Shown in pieces: positions 35,447-48,710 of a DNA stretch of 64,000 nt (positions are counted from its first letter, which is position 1; every line of letters begins with the position of its first letter). The notes beneath the pieces were generated by a model. That model saw nothing but the letters and a program-made list of their open reading frames with translations, was not told where the DNA came from and searched no databases. The stretch comes from Lama glama (lineage: Eukaryota): assembly GCA_028534125.1 (NCBI GenBank), contig CM052816.1, forward strand, positions 60,266,001 through 60,330,000, in the 5' to 3' direction. The translations under genes and the position numbers were made by a program.

Positions 35447-38199
35447 AAGAAGTTTTCTTTTTTTTAAAGAAGTATTTACAAATGATGTATCTCAAAATAC
35501 AACAAATGCAACATTATAAAATCTACATATTGACAACTTCTCTAAACTTGTGACCCCAAACCTTGGATTCTTCCGCTGTACTTATTCTTTCTAGATGTCA
35601 TTCCTTTAGTCTGGTACCGTCCCCCATTCTTGCTCCCTGAAGACCTCCCAGACTCTAAGACAGCACGCATGAGAATACGTCTGTGCAAAGACGTTGTACT
35701 CAATGGTGTGAATTACAGCAAAACTCTGGCAGGAGTTCAGACAGGGCAGAGAGAGGGAGGCACAAAAGCGTCAGTTCCTAAAGAAAGGCTTAGTGCTGGC
35801 TTCACTCACCTTCACATCCCTGGTCTGCCTCTTATGGGCATGGCCACCACTTTCTCACAGGGCCAGCCTTGTGTGCAAAGAGGTGACCTCATTCGTCCGG
35901 AGCCTGGAATCTGGCCCTTATTAGTAAGCACCCTGAGCTCCAGAACAACACACACTCCGCCTCTTCACACACTCACTGGGCATCCCACCTCGGCTCATTC
36001 TGCACTCCCTGCGGTGACTCAGAGAGCTCCTGTTCTTTCTGTTCTTGGGTTCCTGTTTATTCAAGTTACGGAACCCTGACCTTCACATGAAAGCATTTCT
36101 AAGTAGAAATTCAATGGTATAGAGAGCTGGTACCCTACTTGTGCAATTTCCAAATTGAAAAGGACCCAAAGAAACTTGCCTCCGTGAAATTAAATTGCAC
36201 ATCAGGACGAGAATTAAGACACTTGAACTTACTGAAAACACATCACTGACACGATGAAAGAAATGCGTATGAAATCTTCCCCTGGCTACTTTTGCTTATT
36301 ACTTTTCTAAATAGACCCTAAACTCTATTGAAAGAACAAAATATATATGAAAACAACAATGCAGCTAAACGCTCTTGAAAAGGCAATCTGTCAATAGCTA
36401 CCAACTGAGTCATTCCTTTGGCTTTGTGGTCACATCATATGTTCATTCACAGTATAATCATAAAGTTGTAGGGTTTGCTTATATAGCAAAGCGTGTTTTC
36501 TGCCCGGGTCTTTAGGTATTAGCTACACTGACTGTTTATTACAGCAAGCCCCAAAGTTTCTGAACTCACACAATGATACAGTAAGGAGGAAGACCACACT
36601 GTGCTGTTAACCAACCTGCCTCAAGGACAGCATACCAAAACCGTGATGCTATGTTCTCCAAAGGACAAAAATCGTTTCTCATTATACTTAAAAAAAAAAA
36701 GTAACACAAACACTTTAGTTGTGTATTTGCATCTGAAGGTATCAATAAAATAGTGTAAAAGCAAGCAGCTAAGTAGTAGGCCATAGGTCCTATCATTTTT
36801 CTACAAATTAGCAACCAGTCCCTGGTGATGAACGGTTTCACAGGACAAAATGATCTCCTTCGCCCTCCCCCCAACAACACCATCATCAACTTGGTTTTCT
36901 AGTTTTAACTCAACTTGTTTTTCTCATGTGCAGCTTTTACTACTCCAAAAATCCCCCAGGAGTTTTTAAAGAGTATTTCTGTCCCAGGCAGAGGGAGGAC
37001 AGGTACCAGGAGAGGGAGGACAGGCACCAGGACCCAAAAGAAGATGTGCTTATGAGTTTGCAACCAGGAAATCTGGGGGGGGGGAGACATTTCCCTGAGT
37101 TTTTAAATAGCTCCTTTATTAAGTTAGGTGATATTATGTATCTGAGAGGACAGGGGAAAAAAAAAACTGACCTACTCAAGGTTTGATAGAAACTAGGCAG
37201 TCACATTAAAAAAAAAAAAAGACTAAAGACCAAAATGAAATAAACATATAACCATCTAAATTAGAAATGCAACTGTTAAAGGTTTCAATATCCGGGTAGG
37301 CAAATTGTTCCTATCTTAGTCAGGTGAAGGCAATTTTCTCAAGTAAGCACTATAGAAAATGAAGACTATTAACATGGGGATAATTTTATCACTGAGAAAT
37401 ATGAACTATGAAATAAGTGGGCAGGGGAGGTCCCAGGAAGATTGTGTAAATGTATCCATAATACATTGTTAAACTAAAACATATCATTCCATCTACAAAA
37501 AGTTTTTCAAATTATTTTATTACAGTAACTACCAGTAGAACCAGTAATTAATGTTTGTGTTTTAGTTGAAAAAAAAAATACTAGCAATGGGCTGGCACCA
37601 TCATTAGGAAGAACTAAAGGCATATTAATTATAACTGATAACTATATCCCCCAATTCTCCTGCCCCTCAGCGTCACAGCCTCACTTCAGAGATGAGTCAT
37701 TTTTCAACAGTTAAAACTTCCTTTTAGAAAAAGAACTTTGATTAGTTTTCTACCTCCTCATGCAACTTATGATTTTACCTCAACAAGATTAATCTCTAAC
37801 TCATCTATGAGAGAGTTAATCAATTTGTAGAGAAATGAAGAAAACTACTTCTCTATTCTTTTTAAAATGTTTTTTAAAAATTGATAAGACTCAGGACTAG
37901 AAATAGAGCTGGCTGCTTTTTCTTGAGATAGCTCATTTTTTGGTCATTCTGTACTCCAAATCCTTTTCACGTACTAAATGAAATATATTTTTTCAAAGGT
38001 CTACCCCACAATAAGGATCTAGTTCTGCCTGAGTCACACTAGCCTGACACTGAATGATGAAACAGTCCAGAACTGAGGGAAGAAAAGGTGGTCCCAAGAG
38101 GTCAAGGGACCGAGGCTGACCGAGGACTGTCTGTCCCCCTGGGAATCGCAGAGCTGGAACTGCCAACAAAGCCTCTCTGCTCAGCCACTCACTTTTCTC

Positions 38200-38607
38200 T
38201 CTTTTTTTAAATTTAATTTTATTTTTCAATTGAAGTATAGTCAGTTACAATGTGCCAGTCTCTGGTGTACAGCACAATGCCCCAGTCATGTATTTACATG
38301 TTTACATGGGTTTTTTCTCCATTAGAGGTTATTACAAGACATTGAACATAGTTCCCTGTGCTATACAGAAGAAGCTTTTTTAAAAAAATCTATTTTTATA
38401 TATAGTGGCTAACATTGGTAAATCTCAAACTCCCAAGTTTATCTCTTCCCACCCCCTTTCCCCAATAACCATAAGATTGTTTACTAAGTCTGTGAGTCTC
38501 TTTCTGTTTTGTAGATGAGTTGATGAGTTCATAGTGTCCTTTTTCTTTTTTTTTAAGATTCCACATATGAGTGATATCATGTGGTATTTTGCTTTCTCTT
38601 TCTGATT
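38200..38607 (-). mobile_element. Relatively young L1 3' end (camelid-type), sense to MAST4
   Basis: ttgaagtatagtcagttacaatg...gtttttgtagatgagtt...agattccacatatgagtgatatcat, the same family as 9708-10260. Confidence 0.9.
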
Positions 38608-39779
38608 AAAGATCACTAACAACCACCTAGAATTAACTCCTTCCTCTCTCTGGAAATTTTTTTGCTTCTAATCAAACCAATTTACTGCCCCACACCCTAC
38701 GTCAAACACACACTCCTTTCTGGACCTTTTTCTGAGCTGACAAAGAACAAAGGATGATGTAGAACAAATGATCAGACTTGTTCTCCTAAAAACCCTGAAT
38801 GAAGTGGTTAAATAAGCTATGCTACCACCACCAGGTGGGATATTAGTCCCAAAGTGCTTACCTACAAAGACAAAGGTGAAAAGCGTAGAGTCCGAAGCTT
38901 GATATCAAACACGCTTACAATATATAGAAGGCAAAGAAAATGGACTAGGAGGAAACATACACCAACCGTCATGGTGATTATTTCTCAGAGGCAGGAATAC
39001 AGGCGGATAAGCAGTTGTGTATGTGTGTGTGTGAGTGCTTGTGCTCTGGTTTACAAAAACATTTAACCATGAATCCTGTAACCCCTGAATCTGGAAAAAT
39101 ATGTGCATGTTACAAAGAAAACGGATATGATTCCCAGGAGGAATGGAGCGAGCAAGTGAGTGATGACAAAGTGTCCCGTGACAGGGTCATTCACGGAGAT
39201 ATTAGTGTGTGGTATTCTTTCCACTGGAGGAGAATGAAAGGTATGTTTCCTTCCCTCATTCCAAAAGGTCTTTGTGTTCAGAGTCTGGGCTCCTGGGCCT
39301 TAGAAGCTCTTTAATAGGTTTTGGTTTCAATAGTGGAGGCAAAAGTTAGGAGGGAGCCAGAAGGCAAGTCTCACCAGGCCCCTCCCCAAGGACAGGAGAG
39401 CCTGCTGGGGATGGAAGGGGAGGAGCTGCCCAGCCCGGAAGACAGGGTGAGCTGCCCTGAGACCAGGCAGGCGGAGATAGGAGAAGGCACAGGTGTCCAG
39501 TGGCGTGTCTGGCTGTGTGAGTGGTCAGGACCTGTGTCCACTCCTAGGGGTGCACAGTGACAGAGTTAAGAACAGGCACCATGCTCGCTTCACCAGTGCT
39601 GGTAAGAGATGCTCTTGCCTGCTGTAGGTAGCCTGGGGTGCCCACATCCCAGCTCAGAACAGGTCTCATTTCACCTGGGCCTCGGAGAGAAGTAACTCAG
39701 GTGAGTAGGAACCAACTGCTGGTTTCCGCAGCACATGAACATATCAGAAAGGCTGCATCAAGCAGCCACAGCATGACAC

Positions 39780-39900
39780 TGCTTGTGGTGATGGTGTCAT
39801 GGGTGTACACTTCTCTCCAAACTCGTCAAGTTGTATGCATTAAATATGAACAGCTTATGTGTCAACCCTACCTCAAGAAAGTGATTCAAAAAAAAAAAAA
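39780..39900 (+). mobile_element. L1MC/MD-like 3' tip
   Basis: gtggtgatggtgtcatgggtgtacac...aaactcgtcaagttgtatgcattaaatatg, followed by an A tail. Confidence 0.7.
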
Positions 39901-42900
39901 AACAGCTACAGTAGTAAAACAATACACCTTGCCTCAGCTGGGAAGTACCACCCAGTTTTAATTCACAGCAACCCAAAATACCAGCAAGCTGTCTCTCTCT
40001 CAGAAAATCATTAATAAATGTAGTTTTACTGTTTTAGCAAAAGCTCAGCCTTCCTCAGAACCTGATTTAAAACATGAGAACAGAAACAAAGCCCGGAATG
40101 TTGACCACACAGGTTGCTAATGAAAGAAATTGTGTGCACCCTTTTAATTACAATCCAGTGGCTGCTGGCTGTGTAGTCACAGTGGTGTTAATCAAAGCTG
40201 GGCCAGACCCAATTCTAGTAGTTATTAATGATGTGGGGAGGACCCAGCTAGACTTCGGCAGGCTTGGTCAGCTCAACAAATAGCAAAGCCAAAGGGAATC
40301 AAGTCTCCTTGACTTAAACTACCAATAAAAGCCCCACATATAACCCCGGAGTTGCAGAGGTTTGCAAGTGAATGCGGTCAACTCAGTGGTTCCCTGGAAA
40401 CTAGCAGTCCTGCAGAGGAAACTTTTGTTTATATATTTGCCCCCTGGAGTTACAAGAATACACTCATAAGTGGAGACTATCTTTTTAGAACATCCACGGA
40501 GAACACACATATTCTTATAGTGGTAGACATAACCAGCTACTCTAAAATAATAGAGAATTCTACAGACACCATCTTTTCCTGGCATTTATTGTTAAATATA
40601 TTCACTCCTTGCAGAGCTTTAATTACTGAATTTATATTCGGGTGGTGATTACCATATTGCATTGAAATATAAAGTGGCTCACGTTCAATTTGCCGAAAAC
40701 GTGCAAAGTTGAAGCTGCAACGCCGAAGCTAACTAGAATCATACTGTTACACGTTAAGAAAGCATAAAGTTCCCAGTATTGGGATTAGTCACATGGAACG
40801 AATCATCTGTTATTACAAAGCCCAAGATTTCAGGAAGGTCACCTATTTCTTACTTGGGGCCACAGAACTAACAGGGGGAAAAATGTAAATTGGGAACCCA
40901 GCATCAGAGGGAGGAAGGAAGGACCTTGTAGTTTTGCAATCATTGTTAGGTAATCCCTAAACCCCACCCAAATGCCAACAAGTATCACTGGGCATGGACC
41001 TCATCCATTTCTCTCCTGAGCCTCCTCCAAAGGTTGGAGAAATGCCACGCTTTTGGAATAACAGAGAACATTTCAATCATGTTAGGACTTCAGGGCCCAG
41101 AAAGCATATGCTGCTTGTTCAATACCTTACCTACAGGCAGATTAGCAGAAAACATCTGAATAAACTCTAAGGAACAATCCTAAATTCTCTAGGTGTGGCT
41201 TGTGATGACATCACAACAAAAGATATAAGCCTTTTAGGTAAGTTGGTCTAAATGAAGAGATTGCACAAAGCCAGATAAGACATTGTACACTTAAGTCACT
41301 GGCCAACTGGGGCTTAATGCTCTAATCTCTTGTTGGAAATGTGGTTTGGTGTGAGGAGTCAACTGCCAATGAAAGAGCCTCTTTCATTGAGAACCAAATA
41401 AATAAACAGGGTTACACCTATAAAGAAAGGCCAAAGAGTGTAAAAACCTGTTCTTAGACTTCATTGTTTATATGCCACTCCAGATGGCCAATGCATGTAG
41501 ATGAGAATGTCATAGTATTTGACAAGAAACTGATACTTTCCTTGAAACAGACTTATTTTGCTTATCCCAGAAAACAGTTGCAAAAACAAAGAAAAAGGTG
41601 ACAACTGTAAGGGAAAAATGAACACAGGCAGACTGTCTTCCCACAATAGAGTCAAAGTTAATCAGTTCATCATATTGTAAAATCAAGATCATCCTAATGT
41701 GACAGAATTCCTAGGGCACCACACACCTATGTGGTGGCATTATTATCACTCAGTTACTTTAGAATTGACTGCTTCGCTTATGACTTTGACCAGAAGCTTC
41801 TGTGTCTCGGTGGAAAAGCACAGAACATTTTCTGGAATATAATACCATGTTTATGTTGCAATATAGCACGGCAAACTAGCTCAGCCTGATCCTAAATTTT
41901 TTCTGTCTGGACTCTCCCCAAAAGGGAGAGGTATACGTAACAATCTGGGAAAAAAAAGCACAAAAAATTAAGACTCTAAGCAATGCTCACAACTCCAACC
42001 GTCAGCAGAGAACAAAACTCTACTTTGTTATTTTAATGTTTAATAGCTGCCACTTTTTAAAAAGTGCTATCAAGTCAGCAGGAGTTTCTTTTTTTAAGGG
42101 TGAGTTGTTCACAGAAATAATTGCCAAGAATGAGATAGACTTCAAAAAGAATACCGTTCTGCTCATCAAATACTGATTTCCGGTTTATCTCTTCTATGCA
42201 TTCACTTTAAGTAGGACTATTCATTCCTAATCTGAGCATCTGTAAATATGGTTAGACAAGGGCAAAGAATATTTATATAATATTCTAAGACACACAATGA
42301 TTGTCTTAAATAATGCTGAATTGAAATTTATCTTGTTTAACCTGTAAATATGGTCTATCACTTCTAATGCTCTGAGGCCTGTACAATGCTGGACATGAAA
42401 TAAACAGCAGTAAGTCTGCGCTTCTATGTATTCTTTGTAGTTGCTCTGCATAGGTATATGTGAGTAGCTGTGCTTAATAAAATATATTATATAATGCACA
42501 TCACTTTCTTTTTCTGGAGTTTAGAATTCCATTATTCTCAATAAATCCCTTCACATTTACATCAAGTTCTATGGTAAATAACCATTTCACATACCAACAT
42601 ATATGACTGTGTGGAACAAGTATGCCCTCTGGTCGAGAGGGACAAGATAATACTGAGAGTAACAAAGTTAGGCAAAAAGTAATCCTCATTCTGGTCTGGG
42701 TGTGGAATGTTCCACACTTCTCCACATTTAAAATGGTGTTTAAAACTGGTTTTAAAATTAACTCCTTGTGCTCTCCTACTAGGGATTGTAAACTCCTTGC
42801 AGGTAGGCATCTTATTCTTTTTGTGACCCTAGTCCAATACCTGGCAGAAAGATACACTCGATTAAACATTGTTGGATGAATGGATAACCTTTAAGACCAA

Positions 42901-44399
42901 GCTAATAAAAATGAGAAAAGTGTTGCTGAAAATGAGGGTGTGAGGGGTTTGATCACAATAAACCCTGACCTGATAAACCTGCCTTTTTAAAATTAGGGAA
43001 AATTACCATTTTATAGTTTCTCCTCAGAAACCAAGAGTCTTCATTGGAAAGCAGAGATGGTGGGTCAGGATATACTGAGCACTGTACAAGTCAGGCTGGA
43101 CCCCTGGCCTCCAGGGCTGAATCTAAAATGGATCGCATGTACCACAGAATAATTTGATAGACAGATTTAAGCAACTGTAAATATCATAAAGGAACCTACA
43201 GGCTAAAGGGTAAAGTTGCACTGAAACAGGAGTTTCTGGAAGGGGACAGACAGCTTTTGACAAATAAGCACACCTACCACACAAGTGACAGAAGTAGGTC
43301 ATGATGAGTAAGTGAATTTTCCACTGACTCACTTCCACATGGATCATGGGCAGCAAAGGCTACCAGTGAGCTAATTCTCCACCTGGCAGAGCTGGACAAA
43401 TCAGTACTCTAACGAAAGAACGGGAGTTAAAACTGACTCGTCGGGGAAAACCACCATTCTGACCTAGAAACACATCAGTAGGCAGGAAGGTCAAAAGGCC
43501 TGACAAGTGAAATGCACTTAATAAAAATCCTCATGTATTTAGAACACCTAACAGCTTTGGCTGTGGGCACAGGAGAGTGAGGTGATTCCCGTTCTTCCTC
43601 CAGCAAACAGATGGATACAGTCAGGTTTAAGTGGGGTTCCGCCAATTAACATATTCAACAAATCCTCACTAAGTCTGCATTGCAGTTTTTCAGCTTTTAA
43701 CTTTGAATACAAATAACCTCTCTTTTGGGTTTGACAGTAAACCATACTGGTAAATTATTTTTAAATACAAATTCATTTATTTTAGTGCAAATGGAGCATA
43801 CCATTGTAAATGTCAAATAGTCACCATCCATTATGATAATAGGGTCCAGCCAATCTTATCAACTTATTCAAAGTTCACTGCATGAATGATCAGAGCTCTC
43901 AGTCCCCAGACAGAACTTAAAATATGCCCTTATTAAAAAATTCAAGAGCAATAAATCAGGTTAAAGAAGTGACAAGAGATGACCCTCCTCCGTCATCTAT
44001 TCTCGGCCATGCCCATTGCTTTCTGCTGGAGCAGCCAGAGAGCCAACAGTTTCTCCGTCCCTGCAGGGGACACCTGGATGGGACGTACGTACCATGGAGA
44101 CTGATGGTCTCCATCCACCAGGAACGTACACTGAAACAAGTCTGTTGAGATAATGTGTATATTTTACTCTAGTGGGAGATCACCCACAGATGAAAGTAAA
44201 TGCTTTTCTTCACACAGGAAAAAATATTGCCCCCACTTGGAAAGATTCCACCCGATGGACATCAGTGTTATTTTTTCTGGCACTTAATGAGTTAGGTAGC
44301 CTCATGCATACTTTGTATAAAAGTAGTCAAATATTATCAGCAAGCCCTGAAGCACCAGTTGAAGCTATAAGGAAAGTAATTTTCACTGTAAAAGCTGAT

Positions 44400-44460
44400 A
44401 ATCTGGGATCAACACCCGTGACCTTGGCCTCTTTGGCACCGTGCTCTACTGAACCAAGAT
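44400..44460 (-). mobile_element. MamSINE1-like ancient tRNA-derived SINE head
   Basis: Reverse complement reads ggttcagtagagcacggtgccaaagaggccaaggtcacgggtgttgatcccag, a degenerate tRNA-like A/B-box head. Confidence 0.6.
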
Positions 44461-45161
44461 ATGAAATTAAAATAAAGCTATTGCAATACCCAAGGCTCTA
44501 CACAGTGAGACATTGTACACGAGTGACACAAACACTGAAGACAGGAAAGGGCTGAGGTAAAGAGCACTTACAAGATACTAGGCATCCCAAATAGAAAAAG
44601 ATCATATGGCTTAAATATTTCCAACTAAAGCCACTTGAAACTACAAAATAGAATGGAGGAGTTGAAAACCACCATCTCCTTACTATGTACAAAACGGGTC
44701 TTACTCCAAATACCATCCCTGGGACTCTGACGTGAATACTCTGGAATGACGATTTACAGAAACAAAAAGGTATGTTTTCTGAGGTAAAATGTCACTCAGA
44801 TGATCTATTTCTGTCCCCAGGGCTATGATTACCTCATCAAGAAGCAAACTGATGAACACGTCAGTTTACAACAGCTATCTGATCACCATCAGATGGTCAT
44901 TTCAGGGCTTCCACCCAGTACTAACCTGGTTCATGCCGAAGTTCAAAGTCCAAAAGAAAAAACCCCTAAACCATCAAATATTGCCTCTGAGACTATAAAA
45001 CAAAAGAGATATGGAATAAAGGTATCATATCACAAAATCACTACATTAATTACAGAGCTTTAATATTGCCCTGGAAAATTACTTGTTCAGTGAAGACCTG
45101 TAAGTATGTAAATGAATGATATTTATCCATCATGTCTGTAAAATATTTAGATAAAAATATA

Positions 45162-45384
45162 CAGTTGACCTTTGAATAGCATGGGTTTGAACTGTGCAGG
45201 TCCTCTTACAGGCGGATTATTTTTTCAATAGTAAACACCACAGCACCACACCATCTTGTTGGTTGAATCCACAGACGTAAAACCTTAGATACAGGCAGTT
45301 AACTGCAAATTACAGGTGGATTTTCAACTGCTCGGAGGGTTAGCACCCCCACCTCTCAATCCCTGCAATGTTTAAGGTCAAATG
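45162..45384 (+). mobile_element. Complete Tigger2-derived MITE (TcMar)
   Basis: Terminal inverted repeats cagttgacctttgaa ... tttaaggtcaaatg, flanked by TA on both sides. Confidence 0.85.
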
Positions 45385-45995
45385 TATACTTAATTTGGAA
45401 TTTGGATTAACAATTCTCTAACTGCTCTTACATATACTAATATTTCACACTGAATCATGAAATTGGAATACACATCACTTTAAATAGGTCTACGTTAAAA
45501 AACGTTTAATGTAGTATGTAATTCAGAAAATTTCAGAAATATACAAATAATATACATCTTATTTTCAGATTAATGGGAAACTTTGTACAGACCTGTACAC
45601 ACCACAAACTTTAAGGCCACACACAGCCATGTCAATGATGTGGTCAACATCAGATTTTAACTCAACAAAAACAAATTTCTAGTCTCTTTACTCACACCCT
45701 TTCCCCATGCGAGGAAACATGCTTTTCTTCTAAAACTTCCACCATTCTGTCCACTTGATTTTTCCCTCTATGTGAACACAGAAATCCTGCTGCCAACAGA
45801 GCACTTTTAAATGGAAAATGCTTTATGTTCTTGTCAAGAAAAATAAAATGAAAAAGCAAAGCAAAACTCAACCATCAAAAAACACTATGGCACAGAATTT
45901 TGCAACCTCAATTTTCTACTCAACTCCTATTGTCTTTTTCCATTCTTATTTCTTTAGAGGTAGAATATACAGGATGGCGAGCTTCCCCAGTATGC

Positions 45996-47430
45996 TTTTT
46001 TTCTTCCAGTTTTAGTTGATGTATAATTGACAAACGCCACTGCATAAGTTTAACATGTTCGGCCTAATGATGTGACTTACATACACGATGAAGTGATTAT
46101 CACAATATGCTTAGTGAACATGCATCATCTCATACAGATACAAAATTAAAGACGTAGAAAAAAGTTTTGCTTGTGATGAAAACTCTTAGCAACTTTCATG
46201 TATAACATACAGCAGTATTAATCACATTTATCATGTTGTGCGTTACATCCTTAGTACTTATTTATCTTGTAACAGGAAGTCTGTATGTCTTGACTGCCTT
46301 CATTCAATTCATGCCCCACCCCCACCCAATACTTCTGGTAACCACAAATCCCATCTCTTTTTTATGAGTTTGTTTTTGGAGTATAACTGACCTATAACAC
46401 TATGTTAGTGCCTGTTGCACAATACAGTGATTTGATTTCTATACATTTCAAACTGATCACCACGGTAAGTCCAGTTATGGTATGTCATCTACAAGGATAT
46501 CATATAGTTATTGATTATGTTCCCCACATTGTACATTTCATACCTGTGATTCATTTGTTCTGCAACTGAAGTTTGTACTTCTTAATCTTCCTCACCTACT
46601 TCTTTCCTCCCTCCAACCCTCTCCCACCTGGCAACCAACAGTTTGTTTTCTGTATCTATAATTTTGTTTCTGTTTTGTTATATTGTTCGTTTCTTTTGTT
46701 TTTTAGGTTCAGCATACAAGTGAAATCATACAGTCCTTGTCTTTATCTGACTTATTTCACTTAGCATAGGAAACTATTAATACAAAGAAAAGGCCACTAC
46801 TGAATGGGAGAAGATACTTGCAAATGATACATTCAGTAAGGGGTTTATGTATAAAACATACAAAGAACTAATACAACTCAACATCAAAAACAAACAACCC
46901 GACTGAAAAAAGGCCAGAAGATCTGAACAGACATTTTTCCAAAGAAGACATACAGGTGGTCAACAGGCACATAAAAAGATGCTCAGCATCACTAATCATC
47001 AGGGAAATGTAAATTAAAACCACAATGAAATACCACTTCACACCTGTCAGCATGGCTAATCAAAAAGACAACAAATAACAACTGTTGGTGAGGATGCGAA
47101 GAAAAGGGAACTTTAGAGCACTGTTGTAAATTGGTGTGGCCACTATGGAAAACAGTGGGAAGATTCCTCAAAAAATTAAAAATATAACCATCATATGATC
47201 CAGCATTTCCACTCCTGGGTATTTATTTATACGAAGGAAAAAAATCCTAATTCAAAGAAATATATGCACCTTTGTGTTCACTGCAGTATTACTTATGAAA
47301 GCAACCTAAGTGCCCACCAATAGATGATAAAGAAGAGGTGGCATATACACACATACACACACACATATATTTTTATATATATACATATATTTATATTTAT
47401 AAATCATGCTATTTGTGACAACATAGATGA
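45996..47430 (-). mobile_element. L1 insertion with inverted 5' segment (3'UTR on minus 45996-46768; ORF2 end on plus 46769-47430)
   Basis: The two halves are adjacent parts of the L1 consensus in opposite orientation. Degenerate TSD tccccagtatgcttt / tccccaacaaatcttt. Confidence 0.85.
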
Positions 47431-47774
47431 TCCCCAACAAATCTTTAACTATAAGGAAAATTTCAGAATTACCATGAAACTTCAGTAGCTATAGTTTCTC
47501 CTTTGATGAAATACTTAAATCCCAAACACTACTCCAAAGTTAAATAAAACACACATGTCTATGGAAAAGATAAGTATATGGTTCTGTGGCTTGTCCTGCC
47601 TAGAAAACACTGCTTAAACCATGTACAAATCATCTCCCCACCTCCACCTCCATTTCACATGGGAAAACAGAGGGCCCAAAGGTGTAGATTCAGTTCCTGG
47701 GTCTAGACAGCCCTCAATACCTGAGATTCCTGGAAGAGAAATATTCGACAGTAAGTAACTTCAGCATTCGTCAT

Positions 47775-48710
47775 CAATCTTTCTGTGGATAACTCTTAAT
47801 CCCCAACCTGGAACTCTCTCCTAGCTCCAGGCCGTTGTATCCAACAGTCAGTTTCACGTCTCCACACGGATGTCTACAGAAGCTCCAATTCAGTGAGTCT
47901 CCAACTGAAATCATCTCTACCCAACCTGCCCTGCTTCCTGTGTCTCTAGTTCCAGGGTTTGGTATCATCACCCACAGCCTAAAGCAAAAATAAAGGCACA
48001 AACTCTTTATCCTTCCTCACTCTAATCTCTCAGTTGGTCATCTGGTCCTGTGGACTTCATCTCCTGAACATCTCCCTTCATCCACCCTCACAGTCACCAA
48101 GCTGGTTGTGGTATCATCACCATCTCTGACTTAGAAGCCTATTGAAGCTTGCTTTAACTGGAATCCTGACCTCTTCCTTGTCCTATCCCAAATCATCCCC
48201 TACTGCCAGAAATCCTTTCAAAGGACAAATGTGATCCTATCACTGCCCTACGTAAAACCCTTCAGCGGTCCCTACTGTCGGCAGAGTTAATTCCAGTCTT
48301 CTATTTATCACTCTCATTGAACTCCAAAATCTCTTTGTACAGGTACTTGTCTCTTTCTCTGAAATATTCCCTTCCATCTTTCACTGACTCCTTTCACCAA
48401 CCAGAGAAGGGTTAACTTCTCTGAAAGCCCACTTTCTGTCACATGCCCCTGGGATGCTCTCAAAAGTCTTTGTATTCCCCCCACCACAACACAGCTAAGA
48501 GTGGGTAAGCATAGACATATAATCACACACAGTGTTGTAAATTCTTGTTAATCCTTTGTGTCTTCCTCACCCCATACCCACTCCCACCATGGTCCCCACA
48601 AAATTGCAAGTATTCAAGAGGATCAGAACCATCTGTCTCCTTTACCATTGCCTCCCTGGCACAATGCTTGACATAAAGGAGGTGCTCAACCAACATTAAC
48701 TCAATTCATG
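47775..48710 (+). mobile_element. L2 3' portion
   Basis: ctctctcctagctccag...gtctccacacggatgtct...cctggcacaatgcttgacataaaggaggtgctcaac. Confidence 0.8.

Noticed and set aside
44400..44460. Possible tRNA gene
   Set aside because: Degenerate A/B boxes and no intact cloverleaf. Better explained as an ancient tRNA-derived SINE head. The same applies to the vic-1 heads.
46868..47053. [21 protein letters not shown]...
   Set aside because: Typical antisense translation of L1 ORF2, not a gene.
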